64,000 nt of DNA from positions 1,316 through 65,315 of the forward strand of contig DAIUEJ010000009.1 in the NCBI GenBank assembly GCA_036845225.1, in the 5' to 3' direction. Origin of the DNA: Candidatus Anoxymicrobiaceae bacterium. GTDB taxonomy: Bacteria > Actinomycetota > Geothermincolia > Fen-727 > Anoxymicrobiaceae. Shown here one piece after another: positions 8,903 through 18,321 of this stretch (its first letter is position 1; each line of letters opens with the position of its first letter). The position numbers and the translations under genes are program-made. Below the pieces are notes generated by a model. The model was not told the origin of the DNA, made no database searches, and worked only from the letters and a program-made list of their open reading frames with translations.

Positions 8903-10768
8903 TTATTTCTCCCTTGTCACCCTTGCCGCTTCGTATACTGCCTCCGCCACCTTCTCCGGCATCCCGCCGACCTCCTTCAGGTCGTCGAGGGAAGCCTCCG
9001 ATACGCGCCGCGGCGAACCGAAATGCTTCAACAGGGCTTTCTTCCTGCCGGGGCCGACGCCGGCGACCGAGTCGAGCCAGGAGCTCGAGGTCGCCCTCTC
9101 CATCAAGCTGCGGTTGAAAGAGACGGCGACCCGGTGCGCTTCATCCCTGATCCGCTGGATGAGGAACAGGGCCTCGGAGTCCCTCGGCAGGAGCACAGGT
9201 TCCTTCTTCCCCGGAAGGTAGACCTCCTCGAGCCGCTTGGCGAGCGCGACGGTCTCGATGCCGGCGATGCCGAGGACTTTCAACACGTCCAGCCCGGCGT
9301 TCAACTGCCCCTTGCCTCCGTCGAGGATTATGAGGTCCGGCCTCTTCGCCCATCCCACGGCCGCGGCCGGGACAGCTCCTCCGTCCTGCAGCTCTTTCTG
9401 GTAGCGCTTGAGGCGCCGGTAGAGCACCTCCCGCATCATGCCCACGTCGTCGACGCCGGGCGTGTACTTGATTGCGAACTTGCGGTACTCCCTTCGCGCC
9501 GGGTACCCGTCCTGGAAGACCACCATCGAGCCGACCGAGGCGGTCCCCGCGAAAGTCGAGATATCGTAGCACTCGATCCGCAGCGGGAACCTCTCCAATC
9601 CCAGCGAGGCGGCGAGCTGCGCGAGCGCGGCTTCGATGCGGCCTTTGTCGCGCGCCCTCGCCACCTTCGCCCCCTCCAATGCCAGCCGGGCGTTGGCCCC
9701 CGCGAGCCCCATCTCGTGGCGCTTCTTGCCTTTGCGGGGGACGCGTATCTCGACCCGGGCTCCCCTCTGCGCCGCCAGCCACTCCACGAGCCCGCCGTCG
9801 TCGGCCGGCATCGCGGGGACGAGGACAAGCTCCGGGATGGAGCCGGCCTGGTCATAGTATCTCTTCAGAAACTCGCCCGAGAGCTCCTCGCACTCGCGCT
9901 GCTCCTCCAGGTCCGTGAAGAAGACCAGGTTCCCCAGGTGGAAGCCGCCCCTGTTCTGCGCGACTGAAAAGCAGGCCGACATGCCGTCATCGAATATCCC
10001 GATGACGTCGTAGTCTTCCCGGGTCGCGGACAGCGCCCTGTGGTGCCTGAGGACCTGCTCCGCCGACTCGATCTGGTTTCGTATCCGGGCGGCCTGCTCG
10101 TACTCCTCGTCGCGGGCGGCGGCCCTCATCCGGGTGTCGAGGTCGGCCATGACCTCCACGTGCCTGCCCTCAAGAAAATCGCAGAACTGCTTGACGTGCC
10201 TCATGTATTCGGCTGACGGCACCGAACCCCGGCACGGCCCCAGGCACATGTTCATCTCGTAATACAGGCAGGGCGAGTGGCCTTTCTGCCCGGGCACGGC
10301 GCCCGTGCAATGCCTCAGTGGGAACACCTTCTTCAGGAGGCGGATGGTGTTGCGAGCCGCGCGGGCGTTCACGTAGGGACCGTAGTATTTGACGCCCCTT
10401 ATCCTCTTGCCCCTGACCAGGGCGACCCTCGGGAACTCCTCGCTCACGAAGACGGCGATGTATGGGTAACTCTTGTCGTCGCGAAGGATGACGTTGAACC
10501 GGGGCTTGTACCTCTTGATGAGGGTCGCCTCGAGGATGAGGGCGTCTACCTCGGTCTGGCACACGTTCACCTCGAGGTCGGCGATCTCCTCGCGCAGCGC
10601 CTCGCCCTTGTAGTCGCCGGCGGCCGGCGCCTGAAAATATGACCTGACGCGGTTCGAAAGCTCTTTTGCCTTGCCCACGTAGATCACTTTTCCGGCGCTG
10701 TTGGAAAAGACGTAGACTCCCGGCCGTGCCGGAAGCGTCTCCAGCTTCGCCCTCAGGCCCTGGTTCAC
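8903..10768 (-). CDS. uvrC: Excinuclease ABC subunit C
   Basis: The 621 aa product has an N-terminal GIY-YIG domain (PGVYVF...KVIYVGKAK), a UvrBC-interaction domain, an endonuclease domain and a C-terminal HhH domain. Confidence 0.95.
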   Translation of the reverse strand: MNQGLRAKLETLPARPGVYVFSNSAGKVIYVGKAKELSNRVRSYFQAPAAGDYKGEALREEIADLEVNVCQTEVDALILEATLIKRYKPRFNVILRDDKSYPYIAVFVSEEFPRVALVRGKRIRGVKYYGPYVNARAARNTIRLLKKVFPLRHCTGAVPGQKGHSPCLYYEMNMCLGPCRGSVPSAEYMRHVKQFCDFLEGRHVEVMADLDTRMRAAARDEEYEQAARIRNQIESAEQVLRHHRALSATREDYDVIGIFDDGMSACFSVAQNRGGFHLGNLVFFTDLEEQRECEELSGEFLKRYYDQAGSIPELVLVPAMPADDGGLVEWLAAQRGARVEIRVPRKGKKRHEMGLAGANARLALEGAKVARARDKGRIEAALAQLAASLGLERFPLRIECYDISTFAGTASVGSMVVFQDGYPARREYRKFAIKYTPGVDDVGMMREVLYRRLKRYQKELQDGGAVPAAAVGWAKRPDLIILDGGKGQLNAGLDVLKVLGIAGIETVALAKRLEEVYLPGKKEPVLLPRDSEALFLIQRIRDEAHRVAVSFNRSLMERATSSSWLDSVAGVGPGRKKALLKHFGSPRRVSEASLDDLKEVGGMPEKVAEAVYEAARVTREK

Positions 10769-13626
10769 CTGGCCTTCGCCGCCTTCGGCCGCCTTCGAGA
10801 GCCGCGGCCCTCGAGGACCTCGGCCAGGTACTTCCCGGTGTAAGACCGCCTGGTTGCCGCGATCTGTTCTGGCGAGCCGGTGGCGATCAGCTCCCCGCCC
10901 TTGTCGCCACCCTCGGGCCCCAGGTCGATGATATGGTCCGCCACCTTGACGACGTCCATGTTGTGCTCGACCACGACCACCGTGTTGCCGCCTTCGACCA
11001 GGCGGTCCAGCACCTCGATCAGCTTGCTGATGTCGTCGAAGTGCAGGCCGGTGGTCGGCTCGTCGAGAAGGTAGAGCGTCCTTCCGGTCGGCCTCTTGGC
11101 GAGCTCCCTCGCCAGCTTGACCCTTTGCGCTTCCCCGCCGGAGAGCGTCGGCGCCGGCTGGCCCAGCCGTACGTAGCCCAAGCCTACGTCCGACAGTATC
11201 TGGAGCTGGCGATTGATGTTCGGTATGTTTGTGAACAGGGCCATGGCCTCCTCGACCGTCAGCTCGAGTACCTCGTGGATGTTCTTGCCCTTGTAATGTA
11301 TCTCGAGCGTCTCGCGGTTGTAGCGCTTGCCCTTACACACGTCGCAGGAGACGTAGACGTCCGGCAGGAAGTGCATCTCGATCTTCACCATGCCCTCGCC
11401 TTTGCACGCCTCGCACCTGCCGCCGGCCACGTTGAAGCTGAACCTCCCCGGCTTGTAGCCGCGCACCTGCGCCTGGGGCGTGCTGGCGAAGAGCGTCCTG
11501 ACGCCGTCGAACACCTTGGTGTACGTCGCGGCGTTGGACCGCGGCGTGCGGCCGATCGGAGACTGGTCTATGTTCACGACCTTGTCTATCTCTTCGACTC
11601 CGTCTATCCCCTTGTGCCGCCCCGGAGGCGTGCGCGAGGAGGAGAGCTTGCGCCGCAGCCCGCGGTACAGCACCTCGCTCACCAGGGTGCTCTTGCCCGA
11701 CCCGCTCACGCCGGTCACGCAGGTGAAGACTCCGAGCGGGAACGAGACGTCGATGTCCTTGAGGTTGTGCTCCGTAGCTCCCCTGACCACCAGGGCCCTG
11801 TCGGTGGGGGGCCGGCGCGTCCGGGGCACAGGTATCTCCAGCTCCCCGGAGAGGTACTTGCCGGTGATAGAGCCTTTGCTGGCGATGATGTCTTCCACTG
11901 TCCCGGTGGCGACGATGTGCCCTCCATGGATGCCGGCCCCGGGGCCGATGTCCACGACGTAGTCGGCGGCGCGTATGGTGTCCTCGTCGTGCTCGACGAC
12001 TATCACGGTGTTGCCGAGGTCCCGGAGCCTCTTCAGCGTCTCTATCAGTCGTTTGTTGTCGCGCTTGTGGAGCCCCACGCTCGGCTCGTCAAGAATATAG
12101 AGGACGCCCACCAGCCCCGAGCCGATCTGTGTCGCGAGCCTGATCCTCTGAGACTCCCCGCCCGCCAGCGTGCTCGCCTGGCGCGAGAGCGTGAGGTAGT
12201 CCAGCCCCACGTCCATCAGGAACTGGAGCCTCGCCCTCACCTCCTTGAGGAGACGCCCCGCGATGGTCTTCTGCCTTGCGTCGAGCTTCAGGTCCTTGAT
12301 GAATCCGATGGCGTGCTCGACGGTCAGGTCCGACAGCTCCGAGATGTTCATGCCGCCGACCGTCACCGCGAGGCTCTCGGGGCGCAGCCGCGCTCCCCCG
12401 CAGGACGGGCAGGGCTTGACGCTCATGAACATACCTATCCTCCAGCGGGCGTACTCCGACTCGGTCTCCTTGTAGCGCCGCTCCAGGATGGGGATGACGC
12501 CTTCCCAGGTGGTGTAGTAAGTCCTCTGCCTGTTGCGGGAATCGAGGTGCCTCACCAGTATCTCGTCGTCCCCGGTGCCGAAGAGCACCATGTTCTGCGC
12601 GCGCTCGTCGAGGTCCTTGAAGGGAACCGTCAGCGGGAATCCGTATGTGTCGGCGAGCGCCTCCAGCACGCTGTAGAAGTGAGTCTGGGTCGCCGCTTCC
12701 CACGGAGCGACAGCGCCGTCGATGAGCGTCCTGTCGGGGTCCGGGACCACCAGCTCGGCATCGATCTCCAGCCGGTGACCGAGCCCGCCGCAGGTGGTGC
12801 ACGCCCCGTAGGGGTTGTTGAACGAGAACATGCGCGGGGACAGCTCGGGAAACGATATGGCGCAGTGTACACAGGAGAACTCCTCGGAAAAGATGTCGCG
12901 GCGGTCGGTTTCGTCCTGGACCGCCACCATCCCCTCCCCCAGGTGCAGCGCCGCCTCCACGGATTCGGCGACCCTGCTGCGCGCGTCCTCCTTGATGACC
13001 AGGCGGTCGACCACGGCCATTATTTCGTGTTTCTTGTTCTTGTCGAGGTCGATCTGCTCCGAGAGGTCGAACACCTCTCCGTCGACCAGCACGCGGACGT
13101 ACCCGCGGTGCCGCAGGTTCTCGAAGACCGCCGCGTGCTCGCCCTTGCGCCCCCTCACCAGCGGGGCAAGGACCATTATCTTCCTGCCCTCGCCCATCTC
13201 CATCACGAGGTCGGTTATCTGCTCGGGGGACTGCCGCGAGACAGGCCTTCCGCACTCGTAGCAGTGCGGCTCCCCGATCCGTGCGTAGAGGACGCGCAGG
13301 TAGTCGTAGATCTCGGTGACGGTGCCGACCGTGGACCGCGGGTTGGACGTCCCGGCTTTCTGGTCGATCGATATCGCTGGCGACAGGCCCTCGATGAGGT
13401 CGACGTCAGGCTTGTCCAGCTGGCCCAGGAACTGGCGCGCGTAAGACGACAGCGACTCGACGTAGCGGCGCTGGCCCTCCGCGTAGATGGTATCGAATGC
13501 GAGCGACGACTTGCCCGAGCCGCTGATGCCCGTCATCACTATCATCTTGTTCCGGGGCAGGTCGAGCTTCACGTCCTTCAGGTTATGCTCGCGCGCCCCT
13601 CTTATCTTCAGCAGTTCGTTATTCAC
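10765..13626 (-). CDS. uvrA: Excinuclease ABC subunit A
   Basis: The 953 aa product has two ABC ATPase modules ([12 protein letters not shown]..., [11 protein letters not shown]...) and zinc-finger Cys clusters. It overlaps uvrC by 4 nt. Confidence 0.97.
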   Translation of the reverse strand: MNNELLKIRGAREHNLKDVKLDLPRNKMIVMTGISGSGKSSLAFDTIYAEGQRRYVESLSSYARQFLGQLDKPDVDLIEGLSPAISIDQKAGTSNPRSTVGTVTEIYDYLRVLYARIGEPHCYECGRPVSRQSPEQITDLVMEMGEGRKIMVLAPLVRGRKGEHAAVFENLRHRGYVRVLVDGEVFDLSEQIDLDKNKKHEIMAVVDRLVIKEDARSRVAESVEAALHLGEGMVAVQDETDRRDIFSEEFSCVHCAISFPELSPRMFSFNNPYGACTTCGGLGHRLEIDAELVVPDPDRTLIDGAVAPWEAATQTHFYSVLEALADTYGFPLTVPFKDLDERAQNMVLFGTGDDEILVRHLDSRNRQRTYYTTWEGVIPILERRYKETESEYARWRIGMFMSVKPCPSCGGARLRPESLAVTVGGMNISELSDLTVEHAIGFIKDLKLDARQKTIAGRLLKEVRARLQFLMDVGLDYLTLSRQASTLAGGESQRIRLATQIGSGLVGVLYILDEPSVGLHKRDNKRLIETLKRLRDLGNTVIVVEHDEDTIRAADYVVDIGPGAGIHGGHIVATGTVEDIIASKGSITGKYLSGELEIPVPRTRRPPTDRALVVRGATEHNLKDIDVSFPLGVFTCVTGVSGSGKSTLVSEVLYRGLRRKLSSSRTPPGRHKGIDGVEEIDKVVNIDQSPIGRTPRSNAATYTKVFDGVRTLFASTPQAQVRGYKPGRFSFNVAGGRCEACKGEGMVKIEMHFLPDVYVSCDVCKGKRYNRETLEIHYKGKNIHEVLELTVEEAMALFTNIPNINRQLQILSDVGLGYVRLGQPAPTLSGGEAQRVKLARELAKRPTGRTLYLLDEPTTGLHFDDISKLIEVLDRLVEGGNTVVVVEHNMDVVKVADHIIDLGPEGGDKGGELIATGSPEQIAATRRSYTGKYLAEVLEGRGSRRRPKAAKAR

Positions 13627-15616
13627 CTGGCAGCAGTTCCTCGCTGATATGTTTGATCTCGTCCCGGAGCCTGGCCGCGTCCTCGAAGCGCAGCTCCTCC
13701 GCGAGCAGCCTCATCTCTTCCTCCATGTTCAAGAGCAGGCGCTGGAGCTGCGCGGGGGACATCCCCCTCGCCCTCTCGACGGGATCGTCGGACGGCCCCG
13801 CCCCGGCAGCCAGCGTGACCTCGAGTATGTCCCTGACCTCCTTCTGGATGGTCTGCGGGCTGATGCCGTGCTCCTCGTTGTAGAGCACCTGCTTCTCGCG
13901 CCTTCGCTGCGTCTCCTCGATGGCGCCTCTCATGGCCTCGGAAGTGTCCTGTGCGTAGAGTATCACCATGCCGCCCGCATTCCTGCTGGCCCTGCCCATC
14001 GTCTGGATCAGGCTCCGCTCGCTGCGCAGGAACCCCTGCTTGTCGGCGTCCAGGATCGCCACCAGCGAGACCTCCGGCAGGTCGAGCCCCTCGCGCAGCA
14101 GGTTTATCCCGACCAGCACGTCGAACACGCCGGCGCGCAGGTCTCGCAGGATCTCCACGCGCTCCACCGTTCCTATCTCGGAGTGGAGGTAGCGTGACTT
14201 TACCCCCATCTCGTCGAGGTACTCGGACAGCGTCTCCGACATCTTCTTGGTGAGCGTGGTCACCAGCACGCGCTCCCGCTTCACCACCCTCTCGCGTATC
14301 TCCGACATCAGGTCGTCGATCTGCCCCTCGGCGGGCCGTATCACTACGGCGGGGTCCACGAGCCCGGTGGGGCGGATCACCTGCTCCGCGACCCTCGTGC
14401 TCATCTGCATCTCGAAGTCCGCGGGCGTCGCGCTCACGAACACCACCTCGCCGACCTTGTCGAAGAACTCCTCGCGAGACAGTGGCCGGTTGTCGAGCGC
14501 GGAGGGCAGGCGGAACCCGTGCTCCACCAGGGTCTGCTTGCGCGAGCGGTCTCCGTTCAACATCCCCGAGAGCTGCGGGACGGTGATGTGCGACTCGTCG
14601 ATGAAGGTCAGCATCCCGTCGGGGAAAAAATCGATCAGGGTGTACGGCGGCTCACCCTCTTTGCGCCCCGAAAGGTGACGTGAGTAGTTCTCGATGCCGT
14701 GGCAGTAGCCGGTCTCCCGCAACATCTCGAGGTCGTACATGGTCCGCATCCTCAGCCTCTGTTCCTCGAGCAGCTTGCCCCGGGAGCGCAACAGCTCGAG
14801 GCGCGCGTCCAGCTCCTCCTCTATGCCCTTGATCGCCGCCGCCAGCTGGCTCGACGGCGTGAGAAAGTGGGTCGCCGGCCAGACCACCGTGCGGTCCAGG
14901 TCCGCCAGCACTTCACCGGTCAGGGGGTCGACCTGGGTGATGCGCTCGACGGTGTCGCCGAACATGTCCACCCTGACCGCAGCCTCGTCCCAGTATGCGG
15001 GGTAGATGTCGATCACGTCCCCGCGCACGCGGAACTTGCCGCGGTCCGGGGCGATGTCGTTCCGCTCGTACCTGATGTCGACCAGCCGTCGCAGGATGTC
15101 CTCGCGCTCGTACTCCTTGCCGACCTCGATCATCACCATCCGGTTCAGGTACTCGTCGGGCGAGCCGAGCCCGTAGATGCATGAGACAGAAGCGACGATG
15201 ATGACGTCCGGGCGGGAGAGCAGGGCGCTGGTGGCGCCGTGCCTCAGCCTGTCGATCTCGTCGTTGATGGACGAGTCCTTCTCGATGTAGGTGTCGGTGC
15301 TCGGAATGTAGGCCTCAGGCTGGTAGTAATCGTAGTAGCTCACAAAATACTCCACCGCGTTGTTCGGGAAGAAGTCCCTGAACTCCGAGTAGAGCTGCGC
15401 GGCGAGCGTCTTGTTCGGGGCAAGCACCAGCGTGGGCCTCTGCACCTCTTCGATCGCGCTCGCCATCGTGAACGTCTTCCCGGAACCCGTGACCCCGAGC
15501 AGGACCTGGTAGCGCTCGCAATCGTTCAGCCCCTCGACCAGGCTTGCTATTGCCTGCGGCTGGTCGCCCTGGGGGATGAACCGGGTCTCGAGCTTCAGTT
15601 TCGCCAAATGAGTCAC
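13619..15616 (-). CDS. uvrB: Excinuclease ABC subunit B
   Basis: The 665 aa product contains ...[10 protein letters not shown]... followed by the helicase motifs and a C-terminal UvrB/UvrC-interaction domain. Confidence 0.97.
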   Translation of the reverse strand: MTHLAKLKLETRFIPQGDQPQAIASLVEGLNDCERYQVLLGVTGSGKTFTMASAIEEVQRPTLVLAPNKTLAAQLYSEFRDFFPNNAVEYFVSYYDYYQPEAYIPSTDTYIEKDSSINDEIDRLRHGATSALLSRPDVIIVASVSCIYGLGSPDEYLNRMVMIEVGKEYEREDILRRLVDIRYERNDIAPDRGKFRVRGDVIDIYPAYWDEAAVRVDMFGDTVERITQVDPLTGEVLADLDRTVVWPATHFLTPSSQLAAAIKGIEEELDARLELLRSRGKLLEEQRLRMRTMYDLEMLRETGYCHGIENYSRHLSGRKEGEPPYTLIDFFPDGMLTFIDESHITVPQLSGMLNGDRSRKQTLVEHGFRLPSALDNRPLSREEFFDKVGEVVFVSATPADFEMQMSTRVAEQVIRPTGLVDPAVVIRPAEGQIDDLMSEIRERVVKRERVLVTTLTKKMSETLSEYLDEMGVKSRYLHSEIGTVERVEILRDLRAGVFDVLVGINLLREGLDLPEVSLVAILDADKQGFLRSERSLIQTMGRASRNAGGMVILYAQDTSEAMRGAIEETQRRREKQVLYNEEHGISPQTIQKEVRDILEVTLAAGAGPSDDPVERARGMSPAQLQRLLLNMEEEMRLLAEELRFEDAARLRDEIKHISEELLPGE

Positions 15617-15827
15617 CCCGTGAAGAGTATCGCAAGAAAAGGGAGTCCCGCGCCATGCAGGACCCTGGGCGCATGATTCTAACCTTCAGGCGCGGCGCCT
15701 TCAATGACAAAGGTCAGTGCCTTCCGGGCGCCGCTCGGCGAACATGAGGGCAGGAATCAGCGTCCATTTATCTAAAACGTAAGTCAGACGGTATCCCGAC
15801 CGATCGTCACGAGAGAACGCCCACGCC

Positions 15828-16703
15828 ATGATGGAAAAAGCTTTCAGATGGGCCCTCTGCCTCCTGCTGCTGGCTGTGCTCGCGGGCGCCGGCTGCAGCG
15901 GGGGCACCGACCCTTCCGTCACCACGGTCAACGGTGTGAAGATGGTCGCGCGCGCCAACGGCCGCTATTTTCAGGTCTACAACAAGGGCGCCTGGAACTG
16001 GCACGTCGCCAAGGGCGCCAACATAGGCGCCTCGATGCCTGGGCACTGGTTCGGAGAGCTGGCGATACCGAAGAAGACCTACGCCCGATGGCTGGACCAG
16101 ATAGGAAGCATGGGCGCCAACAACATCCTCGTCTACGCGCTCATCGACCCCGGCTTCTACCAGGCGCTGGTGGAATACAACCGAGCGCACCCTGACAGAC
16201 GCATCTGGCTCATCCAGCAGGTGTGGCCCAACGATGAGAATGCGCCCGGCAACCTCTACCAGCCGGCCTACGCCAATGCTTACGAGAAGGAGATCGAGCT
16301 GGACGTCGACGCCTTGATGGGCAAGGCGAACATCGGAGAGCGGACCGGGCTGGCATGGGGCAAATATACCGTTAACGTGATGCCTTACGTCCTGGGCATG
16401 CTGATCGGCCGGGAGCTCCAGACCACCGAGGTCAAGGCTACGGACGAGCAGAACCCGCAGAAGACCACCTTCCAGGGCCGTTTTGCGCAGACCACCCCGG
16501 TCGCCAGCCCTATGGAATCATGGGTCGCGGAGATGGCCGACACCCTCGCCGCGCGCATGCGCCACTACGTGTGGGATGCCCCGACCGAGCCGCGCTTGAC
16601 GATCTCGCCGCTCGACCGGGTCTGGAACCTGAAGGTGAGTCCGGCGGCTGCCGCGCCCGGGTTCAGGACGCAAACGTACTCGTCGAAGGCGCCGCCCGTG
16701 TAG
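15828..16703 (+). CDS. Putative lipoprotein, possibly a TIM-barrel glycoside-hydrolase-like fold; function unknown
   Basis: It has a signal peptide MMEKAFRWALCLLLLAVLAGAGC with a lipobox-like Cys. The mature part (…GANNILVYALIDPGFY…IWLIQQVWPNDENAP…) loosely resembles GH5/cellulase-like families. The 3' 139 nt overlap the convergent gene on the other strand. Confidence 0.55.
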   Translation: MMEKAFRWALCLLLLAVLAGAGCSGGTDPSVTTVNGVKMVARANGRYFQVYNKGAWNWHVAKGANIGASMPGHWFGELAIPKKTYARWLDQIGSMGANNILVYALIDPGFYQALVEYNRAHPDRRIWLIQQVWPNDENAPGNLYQPAYANAYEKEIELDVDALMGKANIGERTGLAWGKYTVNVMPYVLGMLIGRELQTTEVKATDEQNPQKTTFQGRFAQTTPVASPMESWVAEMADTLAARMRHYVWDAPTEPRLTISPLDRVWNLKVSPAAAAPGFRTQTYSSKAPPV

Positions 16704-17191
16704 CCCTCGGCGAAGTACCACGTCTTCGAGGCGGCGGTCGCCGCGAACACGCAGTGGCCGCCCGGCCACCTGCCCTGGTAGTTGAAGTAGATCGGGCGCT
16801 CGACGACCAGGTCCCGCTGAAGCGACGTCAGCACGACAGACACCTCCCGGTCCTGGCCAACGGCGGCGTTGACGTCGACCGTGTACCGCGACATGGGTTT
16901 TATGGAGTAAGTCTTGAGCTGCGAGCCACCCCCCTTGAACATGAAGGTAGCGTCGATGCTGGCGGTCGTGCTCTCAGGGTTGGCGATGCACAGGTACTCC
17001 TGGAATCCGCTCCCGGTGTAGCCCTCGGCGAAGTACCAGGTGCCCGGCGCCGCTGAAGCCGTGGCCGCGATCGCCGCGCCCGGAATAAGGAGCGCCACGA
17101 TAAATGCGCAGAGGGTGCCCGCGACGACCGCCGCTGCGACGGCCGACCTCGTCCTCGGTTTCGGTAAAAGCCTGCGCTTACGCAAGGTCAC
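16565..17191 (-). CDS. Secreted/anchored protein with a tandemly duplicated TWYFAEGYTG domain; unknown function
   Basis: The N-terminus is RKRRLL + hydrophobic + AxA, a Tat- or Sec-type signal. There are two copies of a TWYFAEGYTG(S/G)(G/A)F(Q/D)EY(L/V)C(I/V)xNP module. The second copy is truncated relative to the first. The start is GTG. Confidence 0.6.
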   Translation of the reverse strand: MTLRKRRLLPKPRTRSAVAAAVVAGTLCAFIVALLIPGAAIAATASAAPGTWYFAEGYTGSGFQEYLCIANPESTTASIDATFMFKGGGSQLKTYSIKPMSRYTVDVNAAVGQDREVSVVLTSLQRDLVVERPIYFNYQGRWPGGHCVFAATAASKTWYFAEGYTGGAFDEYVCVLNPGAAAAGLTFRFQTRSSGEIVKRGSVGASHT

Positions 17192-17399
17192 AGCATACCT
17201 CGAAGCACTTTCAGGAAATTCGCGCGCGGCCGGGCCCGGACCGTTTCCCGTTATTGCGCTGACACAGAATCTGACTCTGGCACTATTTATATCGGCCGGA
17301 AGGCGGCATTCTCTTGAGCTGAGCTAGCAGAATCGGGCTCGTCAGGGGGCCGCCAGCCCCTGTTTGACCCTCACTGGCATAACTGGTAACTTGAGTGAC

Positions 17400-17663
17400 A
17401 TGACCGACTCCAAGAACTGCTGGGACATCAAGAAGTGCTCCGCCGCACAGTATCTGAACTGCAAGGCCTATCTTGAGAACAAGAACTGCTGGGAGATCTC
17501 CAACCCGCGAGGCTCGCGCAGCTTGATGCTGTGCCTTCAGATGGGCTGCCCGGTCTACGAGCTCTACATGGACGAGATCGACAAGGAGATAGAGTACAGG
17601 CTGCGCATGATGTTCCCGTTCCTCGCCAGCATCGAAGAAGGCTCCAAGCCCACTCAGGAATAG
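17400..17663 (+). CDS. Small Cys/Trp-rich protein (87 aa) with duplicated KNCW-x4-(K)C motif; unknown function
   Basis: The product begins MTDSKNCWDIKKCSAAQYLNCKAYLENKNCWEISNP...LCLQMGCPVYELY.... It has 6 Cys. Local GC is clearly lower than the surroundings. The track ORF starts at TTG 17364, and the ATG at 17400 is the more likely start. Confidence 0.5.
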   Translation: MTDSKNCWDIKKCSAAQYLNCKAYLENKNCWEISNPRGSRSLMLCLQMGCPVYELYMDEIDKEIEYRLRMMFPFLASIEEGSKPTQE

Positions 17664-18319
17664 GCGGTCGCCGCGCGCCGCGCGATCTCTTGCCAGAGCT
17701 CCTGCACCCTCAAGTGAAGGTCTTCGAGGGTCCCGTTGTTCTCGATGACGATGTCTGCCATCTCCACGCGCTTTGGATCCGGCACCTGGCTTGCGATGCG
17801 GCTGCGCGCCTCGTCCTCGATCATCTTCCGCGACTCGACGAGCCTCTTCACCCGCGCATCCTCATCGGCGGTCAGCACGACCAGGACGTCGAAGACTCCG
17901 GAGACGCCGGTGTCCACGATCAGGGCGGCGTCCAGGACCGCGGCGGGCACCTTGCCGCCTCCGAGTCCGTCAGCGTAGGAGGTGACGCGCTTCACCATCT
18001 CGGAGAAGATCGCGGGGTGCGTGATGCTGTTCAGGAGCTGGAGCCTGTCGGGCTTTCCGAAGACGAGCGCCGCGAGAGCCGCGCGGTCGATGTCTCCCCG
18101 AGAGTCGAGGATTCTGTCGCCGAACTCCTGCACGAGCTTCTGGTGGGTGGGAGTGCCGGAAAGGACCACTTCGCGCGCCACCTGATCGGCGTCGACCACG
18201 AATGCGCCGAGCCGGAGCAGCTCCCGGTCGACTTCGGTCTTCCCGGAGGCGATGCCTCCTGTCAGGCCGACGATGGTGAGCCGCTCGCCAGCGGGCCCCC
18301 ACACCTCAGGATGGCCCAA
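17654..18319 (-). CDS. coaE: Dephospho-CoA kinase
   Basis: The 221 aa product begins IVGLTGGIASGKT (P-loop) and has CoaE architecture. It lies immediately downstream of rpsA as in Actinobacteria. Confidence 0.9.
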   Translation of the reverse strand: MGHPEVWGPAGERLTIVGLTGGIASGKTEVDRELLRLGAFVVDADQVAREVVLSGTPTHQKLVQEFGDRILDSRGDIDRAALAALVFGKPDRLQLLNSITHPAIFSEMVKRVTSYADGLGGGKVPAAVLDAALIVDTGVSGVFDVLVVLTADEDARVKRLVESRKMIEDEARSRIASQVPDPKRVEMADIVIENNGTLEDLHLRVQELWQEIARRAATAYS

Positions 18320-18321
18320 AC

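Noticed and set aside
17192-17399. AT-richer divergent intergenic region, checked for tRNA or ncRNA
   Set aside because: No cloverleaf or conserved RNA motif was recognised. It is most likely just a divergent promoter region for the two island genes.
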